A DNA stretch of 63,654 nt, the filler included, from Pelomyxa schiedti (taxonomy: Eukaryota > Protista > Evosea): the NCBI GenBank assembly GCA_020536535.1. It is 15 parts of 15 records of this genome, joined end to end, with 100 filler letters (N's around TTAATTAATTAA, not from the genome) between each part and the next. Parts side by side here need not be neighbours in the genome. Positions count along the whole stretch, not along the records: positions 7,508 to 35,363 come from JAHLWZ010000023.1; positions 35,464 to 37,574 come from JAHLWZ010002130.1; 13 more parts are not named here. One strand, 5' to 3'. Under the pieces are notes generated by a model. That model did no database searches and was not told the DNA's origin. It saw only the letters and a list, made by a program, of their open reading frames with translations. The position numbers were made by a program, and so were the translations under genes. This document shows, in pieces, positions 23,560-35,872 of the stretch (its first letter is position 1; the number at the start of each line of letters is the position of its first letter).

Positions 23560-24991
23560 CATAATACTTGGGAGAAATTGGTGAATAGTAGTCCTTTATC
23601 CCGAGGTTTCGTTTCAATGAGGCAATCCGTAACCCAGGAGACCAAAGTGGACGCTTGTGAAGAGTTAGGTGAAGTTGGGAGAATTTCGAATGGAACCTCA
23701 TCCTTGTAGCAGGTAAGCATACTTAAGGAGTTCTCCAGAAAGCCCAGATGGAAGGGATTCGAGAATCGCATAGGGGGGAAAGACATGTATTCAATTACGT
23801 GCATGTGCAGTTTTTCGTATTGGGTTACATTGTAAGCAAGGTTGGATGCCTTAAGAGAATGAGCAAAATGTTCAAGGGTTGCATGGGTACCTGGGCCACA
23901 ATAAGGGAAAAAACAGCACAAGCGAAAAATCCAGCTAAACATATGCAGACCAATAGCCACCAAAAGGCGAGGGTATTATAGGACTCAGGCATGTAAAAAA
24001 ATGCTCAAAGTAAAGTCAATGGTAATGGAAAAAATAGTCTCCTTACCGTGGAGACTTATTAATCCTCCAATACCAGAGTGTGTCCCCTGAAGAAGCAAAA
24101 AAATAACAAAGTAGATGTGATTATCAGCCCCTGTAAACACAACTCTCAGCAGGCATGAATGATGGGATATAAATGCCATCTTCAAAGGATGACCCATTGG
24201 AGAGATAGAGATAAATAAAATAGGTACCAATACAATTATCCACCCAAGGGCAGTGATGATCGTAGCGATACACGCAACGTTTACATAGTTTACAGTGCTG
24301 AAAAGATGTATCTTTTAAGTGATCTTTTAAGAGGGTGGCAGGTCAACCTTGGCTCGCATCGGTTTGATAATATGGCAGTCATCACAATAGAGTTTCAAAT
24401 GTTCTGGGGCATCGTCTGGAAGTTGAAAGGGTTCCTTTTTTTGTTTTGGTTTTTTACAATCTCAATTCGCTGTCGGTTGTACCTCCGTGAGTGGAACGAA
24501 CCCTGGTGAGGTTCGGCGTGCTTTTTCGTAGACAGCAAGCACAATTGCAGCAAGAACGCACAAGAAAATGCAAATACCATGGAACCTCGTCCCTGCGTGT
24601 CTTTATCAGCCACAAGGGGAAAAAGAAAAAAAAAAAAAAAAAAAGAACAGCCCATAGAAGGTTCAGCACAGCACACACAGAGCACAACAAACAGACTAGG
24701 GCACACACTATTCCAAAGCACAGTCAGCACCGAAGTGCAGCCAAAGGCGTGCAAGGAGAACTGCACCACCGGCATAGCGTAGCTCCCACTCTCCTCGATC
24801 AGCCTCCCCACCCACGCCCACACTCGCGAGTACGTCCGGCACACCGCGCTGGCCTGGCCCCCGCCCTCCCCAGCCACGGCCACGGCCACGCCCTCCCCCG
24901 GCCTCGGCCCTGCCCCTGCCCCTACCCCTGCCCCTCCTCCTCTCCCCCCTATAACAACCACCGTGTCGTTGGCGTTGTTGTCCCCGTCCAT
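23560..24991 (-). CDS. DHHC-type protein S-palmitoyltransferase (spliced; 3' end approximate)
   Basis: Spliced exons at about 24230-24410 read [14 protein letters not shown]|[24 protein letters not shown]-terminal NVTQYE and [10 protein letters not shown] motifs, plus TM segments. Confidence 0.9.
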
Positions 24992-25035
24992 GAACCCGTC
25001 TTTGATTAAGGGTTTTTTGCTTATTGTGAAGAGGT

Positions 25036-25306
25036 AGGCTGTTGACTCAGGGTTCCGTACCACCAAGGATACAGCCTAAACCCACAGCCATAATGAAGAA
25101 CAACCCTGCCCCAATAAAAGAAAGCAACACAAAACCAACTCGCATAAGTTGTTTGGTGTTGCCATAAAGGCCACCGACATACAGTGTTGGCACACTTATT
25201 ATTGTTGTTTTGTGTTGCTTTCTTTTATTGGGGCAGGGTTGCTCTTCATTATGGTTGTGGGTTTAGGCTGTATCCTTGGTGGTACAGAATTCTGAGTCAA
25301 CAGCCT
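25036..25306. repeat. Long inverted repeat (100-bp arms, 25036-25135 and 25207-25306; 71-bp spacer), MITE-like or hairpin-RNA locus
   Basis: The left arm AGGCTGTTGACTCAG...AAAGCAACACAAAAC is the reverse complement of the right arm with about 5 mismatches. It fills the intergenic gap between the DHHC and ankyrin genes. Confidence 0.92.
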
Positions 25307-25330
25307 TGAGTCTACTAAGGGTATTGAGGG

Positions 25331-27694
25331 TTACAAAGTATTGTCTGTACACAGTGTTATTCCAGAGCCCTTCCGTGGTCTCTTGCTGTTCGGTTCCAGG
25401 GAACCATTGCAGCTGGTGTTTTGCCCAGAAGATACACAAAATGCCACAATCCAACTTGCAAGTTCCTGCTGCCCGCACTGCCTCAGTTTCTGCAGTGCAG
25501 TCTGCAAAGAGGTCCAATTTCTGGAATTCGAAGCGGGTCTCGTGATGTGAAACTGCTCAAAAATCCACATAACAATACTTGGTTTCGATTCCGTGACAAT
25601 GGGGCCTAGTGTGTCAAAGATGTCATCCAGCCCAACCTGGAACCTCTCAATGAACCACTGGACACACGTAAGTGTGCCTCTGCAGATGACCTTAAGGTAC
25701 TTGACTCCACAGGAGTGATTATATGAAGGTGGTATGCACTCGGCAAATACTTTTAGGGGAGGCAGGTAATACGCTTCACAAAGGCGTTGCAACACAGCAC
25801 TGTCACTTATGTCGTCATAAGTAATATTGAAGTGGTGCAATGCCCACCACAGCATTGAATCCTTTGGGTCATTGTACTCAACTAGCAAGTCGTCTTGTAC
25901 AGCGTCATAAAGAAGCGGTTCAATGGAAATGTCATCGGTGTTGATCTGTAGCACTGGCCACAGGTTTTTCAGTGCCCGGCAACTGATTTCATCAGGAACA
26001 ATGGAATTGCGAATATCTGGTACTGTGAGGTGCCCCATAGTAGCAATCTTTGGTAAAAAAATGTCCACGCACGGAGGGAAAAAGTGCCGTGGAAGTGGCA
26101 GAGATTGAAGTTTACTACAACTGATGTGGAGCAATGTCAGCCAGTGAAGCTTACTCAGAATTGATTCAGGGTGCATGTTGTCAAAAATCCACATAACTGA
26201 GGAAGTAAAGCCACGAGAAATACAAGAACTTAGAATGAACTCCAGCTCTTCAGGTGACCAGTGGAAGGTTGAGGCTAAAAAGTTGGCCATGGGAAAGGAT
26301 ATGTATTCAGTTGGAACTTCATTCCAATCTACAATAGTGGGTGTTAGAGCGTGAAGCATTATACTATTTTGTTTCCCAAAGACATGAACATCGTCTTCGG
26401 TGAAGTTATTGAGATTGTGAGCCCAAAGGACACATTCTATATTTTCAGTCTGACAGCAGCTACTCAAGAGATGGAAAGCTTCCAGTCCATGAATGGGAAC
26501 TACTCCCCACGTAGAACGCAACCACTTGGCAAAAGAAAGGTTCCCCTCCTGTAAGGCAGATGTCAACATCGTCTGCATGTGTGCAAGTGGATCCAAATCA
26601 AAGTGATTGTACAACCACTGAACTAACGACTGTTGTCCCTTTGCACACGCAAAGTACAGCATGTCAATTATGAGGCTGTGGCTTATTGTCTCTCCTTTAG
26701 TAAACTGCCCCATAAGCCATTCTACAACTTGGCAGTGGCCGGCTTCGCAAGCTGCAAGCATACACTCCCTCAAACAATTTTGGTTGTAATTTTCCACAGC
26801 AGGAAAGCGATAACTGAATGCCCATTTCACAACTTCTATGCTTCCACTGTGACAAGAAGCTTCTCGAAAATCTCCCCAAGTCGCGTGAGTGTTGGTAATG
26901 TACTTTGATAGAGCCGAGTGTACATACTTTGCCAACTCCAGGTTGCCGCTGAAGGAAGCGCTCTTTAGAGCGCAGATAGCCAGACAAGAACACTTCAACT
27001 CAGCCTTATCCCTGCGCAGAAGTGACTCAAGAAGCCACTTTGTGCACTCCATCTTCCCACAGCAGCAAGCAGAGCACAGCGCATCAGCGTAGGCATTGAA
27101 AGAGTCCGGAATATCGAACCTCTCGGCAAACCACTTGGCGAAGCGAAGGTGACCATGACTGCAGCTATAGGCCAGGGGCCCAAAGCTAGGCAATTTCCCC
27201 CTTCCTCCATTTCTCCTCTTTCCCACAATGTTATACCCCGCGGCAGCGGGAGCATTGCCACTCTCGCTCCCGGATAAAATTCTCGCGGCAGCACAACCAC
27301 CCTGCCTCGAGGCAATGTGCCGAGCAACATTGACGGCGCCGTAGGCCGCGGCGCAATTCATCGCGTGGAGGAAGCCGCCCCACTTGCGCAGGAGGAACGA
27401 GGCGCCGAGGGCCCGGAGGGGGAACAGCGCCTCGCTGAGGGCCACCACGAGCTCGTCCCCGTCGTAGTGGCGGCTGTGGGCGAGGAGCGCGGTTCCTGCG
27501 GCGTCGTCCCAGCGCAGCGGGCTGCGGTCGTTGTGCCCCTGCGGCAGGCAGTTGCACACGAGGCGCACTGGCGAGGAGGCCCGGGAGCCCGCCACACCAA
27601 GGCATGACTGAGGGAACAACGAAGGCAACACCACAGTCCACAGAGTGTGGGAAATCTTCAGCACCGAACCGGCACGGCTAGTTCCGGTGATCAT
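25331..27694 (-). CDS. Ankyrin-repeat protein of the lineage-expanded family (intronless)
   Basis: Repeats 'SCSHGHLRFAKWF', 'ASFSGNLELAKYV', 'ACEAGHCQVVEWL' and 'ACAKGQQSLVQWL'. N-terminal 'LKISHTLW..EALFPL' resembles 5330-7407. Likely start is ATG 27694. Confidence 0.85.
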   Translation of the reverse strand: MITGTSRAGSVLKISHTLWTVVLPSLFPQSCLGVAGSRASSPVRLVCNCLPQGHNDRSPLRWDDAAGTALLAHSRHYDGDELVVALSEALFPLRALGASFLLRKWGGFLHAMNCAAAYGAVNVARHIASRQGGCAAARILSGSESGNAPAAAGYNIVGKRRNGGRGKLPSFGPLAYSCSHGHLRFAKWFAERFDIPDSFNAYADALCSACCCGKMECTKWLLESLLRRDKAELKCSCLAICALKSASFSGNLELAKYVHSALSKYITNTHATWGDFREASCHSGSIEVVKWAFSYRFPAVENYNQNCLRECMLAACEAGHCQVVEWLMGQFTKGETISHSLIIDMLYFACAKGQQSLVQWLYNHFDLDPLAHMQTMLTSALQEGNLSFAKWLRSTWGVVPIHGLEAFHLLSSCCQTENIECVLWAHNLNNFTEDDVHVFGKQNSIMLHALTPTIVDWNEVPTEYISFPMANFLASTFHWSPEELEFILSSCISRGFTSSVMWIFDNMHPESILSKLHWLTLLHISCSKLQSLPLPRHFFPPCVDIFLPKIATMGHLTVPDIRNSIVPDEISCRALKNLWPVLQINTDDISIEPLLYDAVQDDLLVEYNDPKDSMLWWALHHFNITYDDISDSAVLQRLCEAYYLPPLKVFAECIPPSYNHSCGVKYLKVICRGTLTCVQWFIERFQVGLDDIFDTLGPIVTESKPSIVMWIFEQFHITRPASNSRNWTSLQTALQKLRQCGQQELASWIVAFCVSSGQNTSCNGSLEPNSKRPRKGSGITLCTDNTL

Positions 27695-27794
27695 CTCTGA
27701 TTTCAGCGAAAGAAGCTTTTCGAAAAATTGGTGGTTGACCAAAAACAAAAAAAACAAAAAACGGAAATCACAGGTTAACGTTTTGTACTGGCTC

Positions 27795-30363
27795 ATGGGA
27801 CAGTCACCCTCACGGGGGAATGACGACGACCACCATGAGAGCATACCGACAGCCACTGCCCGCCAACGGGACTGTGAAACGTGGAACACCTCTCCATCTC
27901 CTGTGCACCCGGCGTCACACTCCGCCGGCATAGCCCGCAACGCGAGCATCAAAATCACAGACACCTTCAACGACTACGTCGACCCGGACAACGACGGCGA
28001 CGAAGACGACGGCGACAACGACCCCGCCGCCGCCGGCCGCTTAGCCGCCGAGTCGCCCGCCTCCACGTCGCGGCCCACGGCGCCACCTGTGTCGCCGCCG
28101 ATTCCTATTCCTGCCGCCTCTTCAACGGCCGCGGCGCCGGCGAGGACTACGACTTGCGCCACGGCTACGGCGACGGCGACGGCGACGGCGAGAGCGGAGA
28201 GCGACAGGCATCCGAGTGCGCATATCGACGGCGCTGACGTTGACGACGGCAGTGTGCTTTTGGTCGCGGATAATGATGGGACACTGCACGTTCAAGGCTC
28301 TCCATATTTGGATGCTTATGTATGTTTGTGGTTGTTTGATCGGGTGTGGTTTCCTAAAACGCCCTACTTTTAGGTTGAAAATAATAACGCGAGGCCTCAT
28401 GTTGTTTCATTTATTGGGGAGACTCAAATTGGCAAATCATTTCTGACTGATAGCTTGTTGACTGTCCTGGGGTATGGCCCAGACCTGCCAAGGTAATAAT
28501 AACCTCGTTTGACTTTCCTCTTTTTCAACAATCAAAGGCCACAGATCGGTGCTGAAACAGACTCGACAACCAAGGGTGTTCACTACTACGCTGTTGGAGA
28601 CACCTTTTTTCTGGACTTTGAAGGCTCACATGCACGTGTGTCGGAGCCCAAAGTAGGTGATATTCCCTTGCTCGCATCCTGCTTAGAGAATTAGCAGGAA
28701 GACGTTATCAATAGCGTTTTTCCCAGAATTGCTTATTCTATCAGTTCCACAATCGTGTACATCACTAGAAGTACCTCAGCGAGTGGGAGACCCCTGGATG
28801 ACTTGTGGTCCCCTTTAAAGAATGTGGCATTGATTGAATCAAATGTACTCCTCATTTTATACATTTTTTTGTCTTATTTCTATCATCGAATTCCTCCCCC
28901 AATATGTATGCAGGAAGCCTACAAGAAACCCGATCTTGTAATTGTCTTTAACTGCTCTCACGTTCCGAAATTCGATGACAAACGATGGAGAAATGACCCG
29001 CGGTACAAAGAGTTGCGGTCTTTGTTCTCTCACGTTTACGGCTTCTGCTTGTGTGATGAAGCAAATCATGAGACGTTCCAAACTCAACTGGCGAATCTCA
29101 TAGTACTTTTATTCTGATGATAACGTACAGTTTTAATACTTGTCAACAGCATACTTTGCTGCGCCATCAAGTCCCACTGGCGTCACACAAGTGGATTCAT
29201 TTAGTTGAAGCTGTTGTTAATTGGGTATCCCTATCTTGCAAAGTTTTTTTTTAATCTTCAAACAAGTTCAACAGTCCCAAAAAGGGTGATCCAATACCAT
29301 TGTGCAATTTTTATGCCTCACTGATTGACAACTTGGAACCACCTCTTAACCGAGTGCAAGGACTATTCTTGGACTGCATCCGAAACCGTGTGTGCACTCA
29401 TCAGCAGTTTATAGAGTGCTGTGGATGGGCAAAACGTGCACTGCCTGTGGTCGTTGCAGCCCATTTCTTTCGCAAACAAGGGGAAGAAGTTGTCACCGAC
29501 AGAAACTTAATCTTTACTGACAAAACTGAGCATAGGTCACAGACTTCAGTGCCTACTACCGCAAACAATATGACATTTTGGCTACCTATCTTCGGCGTTT
29601 TATTCCCTGTGCTGCCTGCATTGAACAGGATGGAATCACCTATAAGTGTGGGGTCCAGCACCGTTATCACTCAAATCGCAAGCACGAAGCACACAACGGG
29701 GAACGAACAGGAAAGAAATGGAGAGGCGAATTTGAGCCAGTGGACTACATTGACGACGACGCAGAAGGTGCACGCCAAGCGGGGACAGCTGCCAAATTAA
29801 TAGCGATTCTTGGTGACCCGGTATGTTACTCATTTTTCATGATGTGGTGTGACCTCCGCTCAGGCCAGTCGCATTGATTGTTTTTGGGTGGAGTCACTGC
29901 ATGAATGGGGTGCAGGCAGTGGATCCATTCCACCCAGGGCTAAGGAAGTGCTAAAACAATTCACAAACATTAGGAAAATTAACATCGTGAGAACAATCAA
30001 AAATGCTAGCCTAGGTGCAACACTAGGAGCTTCAATAGGGGTGGCTTGTGCCACACCCATTGCAATTGGGGTTGGCTTTGCCACAATGGGTGTTGGAATT
30101 CCTATTTCTGTAATCATCCTAGGCAAGTGTTACCATCCTTTATATCTTTCAATTGTAACAGACCCACAGGTGCTGGTGGTACACTTGGTGCGTCTATTGG
30201 TGGAGCCGTCTGTGCTGCTAATGCAGAGAGAAAGCCTGTGGATGCTAAAAAAGAAATGATGGAGGCTGTTTCCTTGTTGGAATATGCCAAGGAGGGCTGG
30301 AATGTTGTTACAATTGTTGTGAGCCTAGACCACACAATTTTTGTAAACATTGAAAATCTCTAA
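27795..30363 (+). CDS. GBP/atlastin-like P-loop NTPase with glycine zipper, copy 3 (more divergent, spliced)
   Basis: MGQSPS..., VVSFIGETQIGKS, TTKGVH, FLDFEG, FPRIAYSISSTIVYI, KPDLVIVFN, FIPCAAC..CGVQHRYH and ASLGATLGASIG..GAGGTLGASIGG. Confidence 0.8.
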
Positions 30364-30395
30364 TGAGACTGTATTTTTCTTTTGGGAGGCTTTTT

Positions 30396-31854
30396 TCAAC
30401 ATATGCCTTGTTGGTAGACATTGAACTGAGTACGAGCTTGTGCACAGTAAGGTGACTTGAATAGGAACGCACGTCTTTCCCCACCCTCAAGAAAGAGGTC
30501 AATTCTGTTGGTGCTCATGTGGGCCCAGCTTTCACCTGCAATAATCTTTTTTAAGTGTCTTCTGGTTCACAAGGAAAAGCATTTCACCTAGGGCAGCTAC
30601 AAGGCTAGGCGTCTTATTTTTACCGTAAATTCTTGTTGTAACTTGACTTGTAAAAACCACCTTGGGATTTTAAGAACCAGGAAACGAAGTAGAAATAGTT
30701 ACAGCTAGATTATATTTCGTTGCAAGTTGTAGAAAAGACTGTGCCATTGCAACAAGAAGCCGAGTCCGTAGTGCCATGTCCTGGAAATCATTCCTCCAGT
30801 GGAACGAAACACTATCCACAACTATAAGTCGTACCTAGAAGCAGGTAACTCGCCCAGTAATATTTTAATAATGATACATTAGGGTGCTCCTGTAAAAATG
30901 AAGGAAGTATGTGTGTCATAGCGATTTGTTGTATGCAATCATTGACTCGAAAAAGGTATATACTTGAAAGTATTTTGTCAAGAGTGGGAACGGCTAAATG
31001 TATTAAGGGTGTGCTAATAATAAAAAGAAGCCTTAGAACCGGATTTATCTGGTAAGCTGGAAAGTTCAGCAATTAACGCACTTGCCATCTCCTTTATTCT
31101 ATCAACAGAGAAACTTCCTTCTGTGTCTTCTCCATTGTTAATATTCAGGAAACCAACAAATGAAAGAAACCTAGGTATACACACTCTCCTTCAAGTCCGC
31201 CATACAGCTTCGGAATTTGAACCGTTATGGCAAGTTGCATACTAGGAGTTATTATTATTTTTTGTTGTTTTGTATCAGATTCTGCAATGAAGTGATACAG
31301 GGAGGAAGCAAACCCCATTTGAGTCTTTCCTACTCCCGGAATGCCGCAAAATTCAGTGATTTTGCCCAAAGGTACTCCTCCGTGCAACATAGCATCAATG
31401 CCCTCACTCCTCGTGGTTATGCAACAAGAGGACATTTCCTGAGTGAGAATTTCCAATGCAGTCTTGCCAAGAGATGACTGTGTGCCTGTTCACGTCAAGC
31501 TTCCACATGAGTCCCAACTCACACATGAAATCGAGAGTGATGATTACTTTGTGCCTGAATCTGGCTTGCAGGACCCTCAGGCCCCTTTATTGCCTTTATC
31601 ACAGCACGTGCCTCTTCAACTGTTATCCCTGCCTCTATTCCAAGAAAGGCATTTAACAGTAAACAAACAAGCAACCATTTTTTTGTTGTTGTTCAAAAAG
31701 AAAAAAAACAAAAAAAAGATATTAAGTTGTCAAATGGAAGCCTACCGTGTGCCAAATCGACGCAGCCCGACATGGACAACACCTCCGCGGGCGAGGTAAT
31801 CCCTGCACTAAGAAGCTTCTGTCTGACCGTCGGTGGAATGTTGATCGCGTGCAT
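30396..31854 (-). CDS. RAD51C: RAD51 paralogue, RAD51C-like (spliced)
   Basis: LHGGVPLGKITEFCGIPGVGKTQ (Walker A), MQLAITVQIP..GGLEGECVYL, DTEGSF and ALGESWAHMSTNRI. N-terminal 'RQKLLSAG..DLAHEAGIT.EEA'. Confidence 0.88.
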
Positions 31855-32119
31855 CAACGTTACTTGTATTTGAGAGTAAATCCAAGTTGGGCTGCTCTCT
31901 GGGACTCAGAGAGCGAAACAATTCTGGGAGAGAGTTCATTTCTTCCTTTCGTGCGATCTCCTCTCTTGAGGTGGCTCGGGAGGTTCGGGATCTGTTCAGC
32001 AGTACATGATCAAGCTCGGCGAACGAGATGAAGTTTTCCTCTCAAAACAACAAGTTACGACGTAGGAACCGAAGAAACCACACATACACCAAAGAGCAAG
32101 GGGGAATAAGCCACAACAG

Positions 32120-35100
32120 ATGCCACACGGCAGCGGACACCACCACAAGCACCAGCACCACACCCACGAGCACGGGTCGTCGGCCACGACGTCGTCCTCG
32201 TCGAGCAGCAGCCGGTCGCGGGCGCAGAGGTTGCCGCGGGCTGGGTCGACCAGGCACCTGCCCCCGCTCGGGGACGACGCCCAGCCCCCCATGCTCCTGT
32301 CCCTGTCTGCCGAGCAGGCCGTCCTGCCCCCTCCTCTCCCTGACGACCCCAGCCCCGAGCTCGACGACGGGGCCACGGCCAGTGCTAGCAGCACCGTCGG
32401 CGCCGGTGCCGTGCCGAATTTGGCCCTCTCGACCAGCATTGAGGAAAAACCTGGTGGTGATCAATGCAATTCAACAGCAGCGGCGGCATCGACGACGACA
32501 GCTACCAGTCGAACTGGGTCGGGGACTGGGACAGAAACGAATTGTGGGAATGGGGCAACTGAGGGTGGTGGAGACACTGGTGCTGGTAGTAGAATTTTGT
32601 CTCGGACGGTCTCTGTGTCGGTTGCAGCTGAGGACATTGATGATGTTTTCTCAGACCCTGAACAGGAGTTCCAAATGATTGAGAAACTGGGAGAGGGGTT
32701 AGTTTTTTTTCTTGGAATATTGTTGTTACATTTCACTCTATTTTATTCTGTATTTCCTTTTTTCGATACTAAGCTCCCTTTCTAGTTCCTATGGTGCTGT
32801 TTGGAAAGCTAAACATCGCCAGACACATGAGTTTGTAGCTATAAAGGTTCTTCAACTTGATACGGACCTTGGCGATATTAAAAAAGAGATTGACTTCATG
32901 AAGACGTGCAAGCACCCCAACATCATATCGTACTGTTATTCTTTCTACAGTCGCATTCACTAACTATTTATGCTTTAGGTATTTCGGCTCATATTTTAAA
33001 GTGATTTTCCCTTCCCACGCTTAAAATTCGTATGTCACACACCAAGGATTGTGATCTCTGGATAGTAATGGAATATTGTTCTGTTGGATCGTGTTCGGAC
33101 TTAATGCAGATATGCAAGAAAACGTTGAACGAGGATCAAATTGGTTACGTTGCCTACCAAGTGCTTCAGGTTGTATTACCATGTCAGCTTACATAACCTA
33201 ATACCTCAATCAGGGACTCGCATACCTTCACAGTGTCAGGTTGCTGCACAGAGATATTAAAGCAGGAAACATCCTAATCAATGACCGTGGAGAGTGCAAA
33301 CTTGCAGGTATTTGGGCAAACTATTGACCCATAGTACTTATAATAATATATCACACAGATTTTGGAGTATCTGGGAGATTAAGTGACACTATGTCACGAA
33401 TGCACACTGTTATTGGGTATGTTAGCCATGTGAACCTTATTGCTTATATATGAACTAGAACCCCCTTCTGGATGGTAAGCTTTCTGTGGTTTACTAGTTA
33501 TGTTAAGTTAGATAACAAAGGCCCCAGAAGTCATTAATGGTACAGGAGGTGGTGCAGGCTACACTACCAAGGTAGATTCTTCATTTACTTATTCCCTAGT
33601 TCACATCTTCAGGTGGATGTGTGGTCTCTTGGAATAACAGGTAAGCTTTTTCCTTATGCTTCTTTCACTGAATATCTCTTTCAGTGCTTGAAATGGCAGA
33701 GGGGGCACCTCCTTTGCATGACCTTCATCCGATGCGAGTATGTTCACCCTGTGAGTTGCCCTACAAGAATAACTTGCATCTTAGGCGATATTCTTAATTC
33801 CGACTTTACCTCCACCTAAATTTCAGGATACGGCAAGCAAATCACCTGAGATTGTTGCCTTTTTAGCTCTATGCTTAAAAATGAATGCTGCTGAGCGACC
33901 GTCAGCAAAAGAACTCCTATCGGTACAAAACCAATTCCGTAAGACAATTGGACACCAATAGCCATAGGACCCCTTCATTCAACGATGTTGTTCCAAAACA
34001 CAGTGTTTAGCTCCACTTATACAAGAGCAAACAGACCTACTGTCTAAGCAATCTCGGAACAATCTCTTGGGTCTTGATGAGGTGAAATATCTTGAGCAAA
34101 ATTTTTATAACTTAAAACCAGGAAACAAAAACCAAGTCTGCAAACGAAATGAAACCAAAGAAAAAGTCACATAACAAAGAAAATGAAGAAGCAGGGGAAT
34201 CGGACACCATGATTGAAAAAACCACATCCACAACCCGGTTCGATTCAGGAACAGTTGTAGCCCCTGATAGCGACCTTGAAGATAGTGGTACCATGGTCAT
34301 TCGTAAAGAAGATGAGGAGGAAAAAGTGGATGGAAAAGCGTCTCTAGAAGTATGCCTGTGAAGAATGAGAAATCTTAATACTTTAAAAGGAGATGCTAGG
34401 AATGTTAAAAGACGCAGATGAAGAATGCAGCACTGTAAAAATTTCCACTCCTCCAGGTTTTTATCTGCAAAAAAACTTAATAGAAGCGTCTTACATCCTC
34501 TCTCCTTTTCCAGTATCAGAGCAAGTGCCAAAATCACCAGCAGTTGACACTGAAAATGAAACTGTAAAACTTCAATGTAAGTCCCTACATCTTTCATACG
34601 GTATCTCATTTGCTCTGCAGCCAAACAGAAGCGCCTACAATCAAGTAAGAGAGTTCAGAGACAATATGAAATAAAATGTTTATTCATTGTAGGATTGGAT
34701 AAACTAGAGAGGGAGATGACAGAAGCGATATCTTTACTTGAACAAGAAAAAGTCAAACTAAAGCAACTCCAGGAGTACGCCCTTTGATCTAAAGTCCAAA
34801 ACTAAAGCTCAGAAATAGGTGTCATACTCCCCGTCCACTCACTCCGTTACAAATCCGAGCCAATCTTCCACCACCCCCACTACATCCAGCACCTCAGCCA
34901 GACTCGGAAGTAACGCAAAAGTCATTCACAGAATTGCGCCACAAGTAATGATCCCTTCCCAGTGATGCCTGTTGTGTAACCTCACTAGACACTTCTGGGC
35001 AACAGCATACGCAGCAAAGCTACGGCTGATTCAGGATAATACACCGAGTAATGTACTTATATCGGATTTGTGGAAAAGCGCCAATTATGAGCAAGTTCCC

Positions 35101-35225
35101 TTTGAGGAGTGGAAGGACTGGATTCCCCAGCAACTCCAGTCAAAAACCACAAGCCTATCCCAAACAACAGGGAATGCACTGTCTTCCTCCTCCCTCTCCC
35201 ATTCCACCCCACTCTCCTCTTCATG
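32120..35225 (+). CDS. STE20/GCK-II (MST/Hippo-like) Ser/Thr kinase (many introns)
   Basis: [15 protein letters not shown]|[40 protein letters not shown]|TPFWM|[13 protein letters not shown] and HPMR. 'GTMVI' motif in the linker. Confidence 0.92.
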
Positions 35226-35463
35226 ACCAACACACATGCCGCTGTATTACTATACAAACCTAATTTTCCCCTATTACCCAACTTACAACAATAAAAAAAA
35301 CAACAAATACAACGGAAACCACCCAAGGTAGCGAATAGAGCGACTTTTGGGTGGAACACAAATNNNNNNNNNNNNNNNNNNNNNNNNNNNNNNNNNNNNN
35401 NNNNNNNTTAATTAATTAANNNNNNNNNNNNNNNNNNNNNNNNNNNNNNNNNNNNNNNNNNNN

Positions 35464-35872
35464 CGCAGTCATTCACCACGGCGCCGCCGTGCCCAAACCA
35501 CACTATCGCGTTGAAGTATGCCCTCGACTCGCAGTCGTCGCCGCCGCCTGGCCCGCACCACGTCCCCCGCTCGACGACGCCCAACGTGTGTGACACGCCG
35601 ACGAACACGATGTGGTACGTGGTGGTGGTGGCGGCGTCGGATGCGGTGGTGCTGCTGGTGGTGGAGGAGTGACCCCTGATCACGGCCCTCCTGTCGACGT
35701 GCATCACCCACTTGGCTCCTATTTCGTCGGCGATGACAGTGGCAGGGAGCACCCTTGTGGGGCTGCGCGCCCCACAACGGCAATGCGGAGTGGCCACCGT
35801 GCTGGCAAGCAGGGCAACGAGTTGGTCACGTGCAAGACGAAGGACATCAGCGTGTGCCGTAATCATCATCAT
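35464..35872 (-). CDS. Lineage-expanded 'ARDQ..RCGARSP..W..VSxTLGVV' family protein (5' part)
   Basis: ARDQLVALLAS..RCGARSP..IGAKWVM..VGVSHTLGVV. The motif is shared with 42520-43815 and 59637-59902. Confidence 0.65.

Noticed and set aside
27695-27970. N-terminal 92 aa of the 879-aa ORF-track entry
   Set aside because: It overlaps the opposite-strand GTPase start and includes a poly-T promoter tract; ATG 27694 is the more plausible start.
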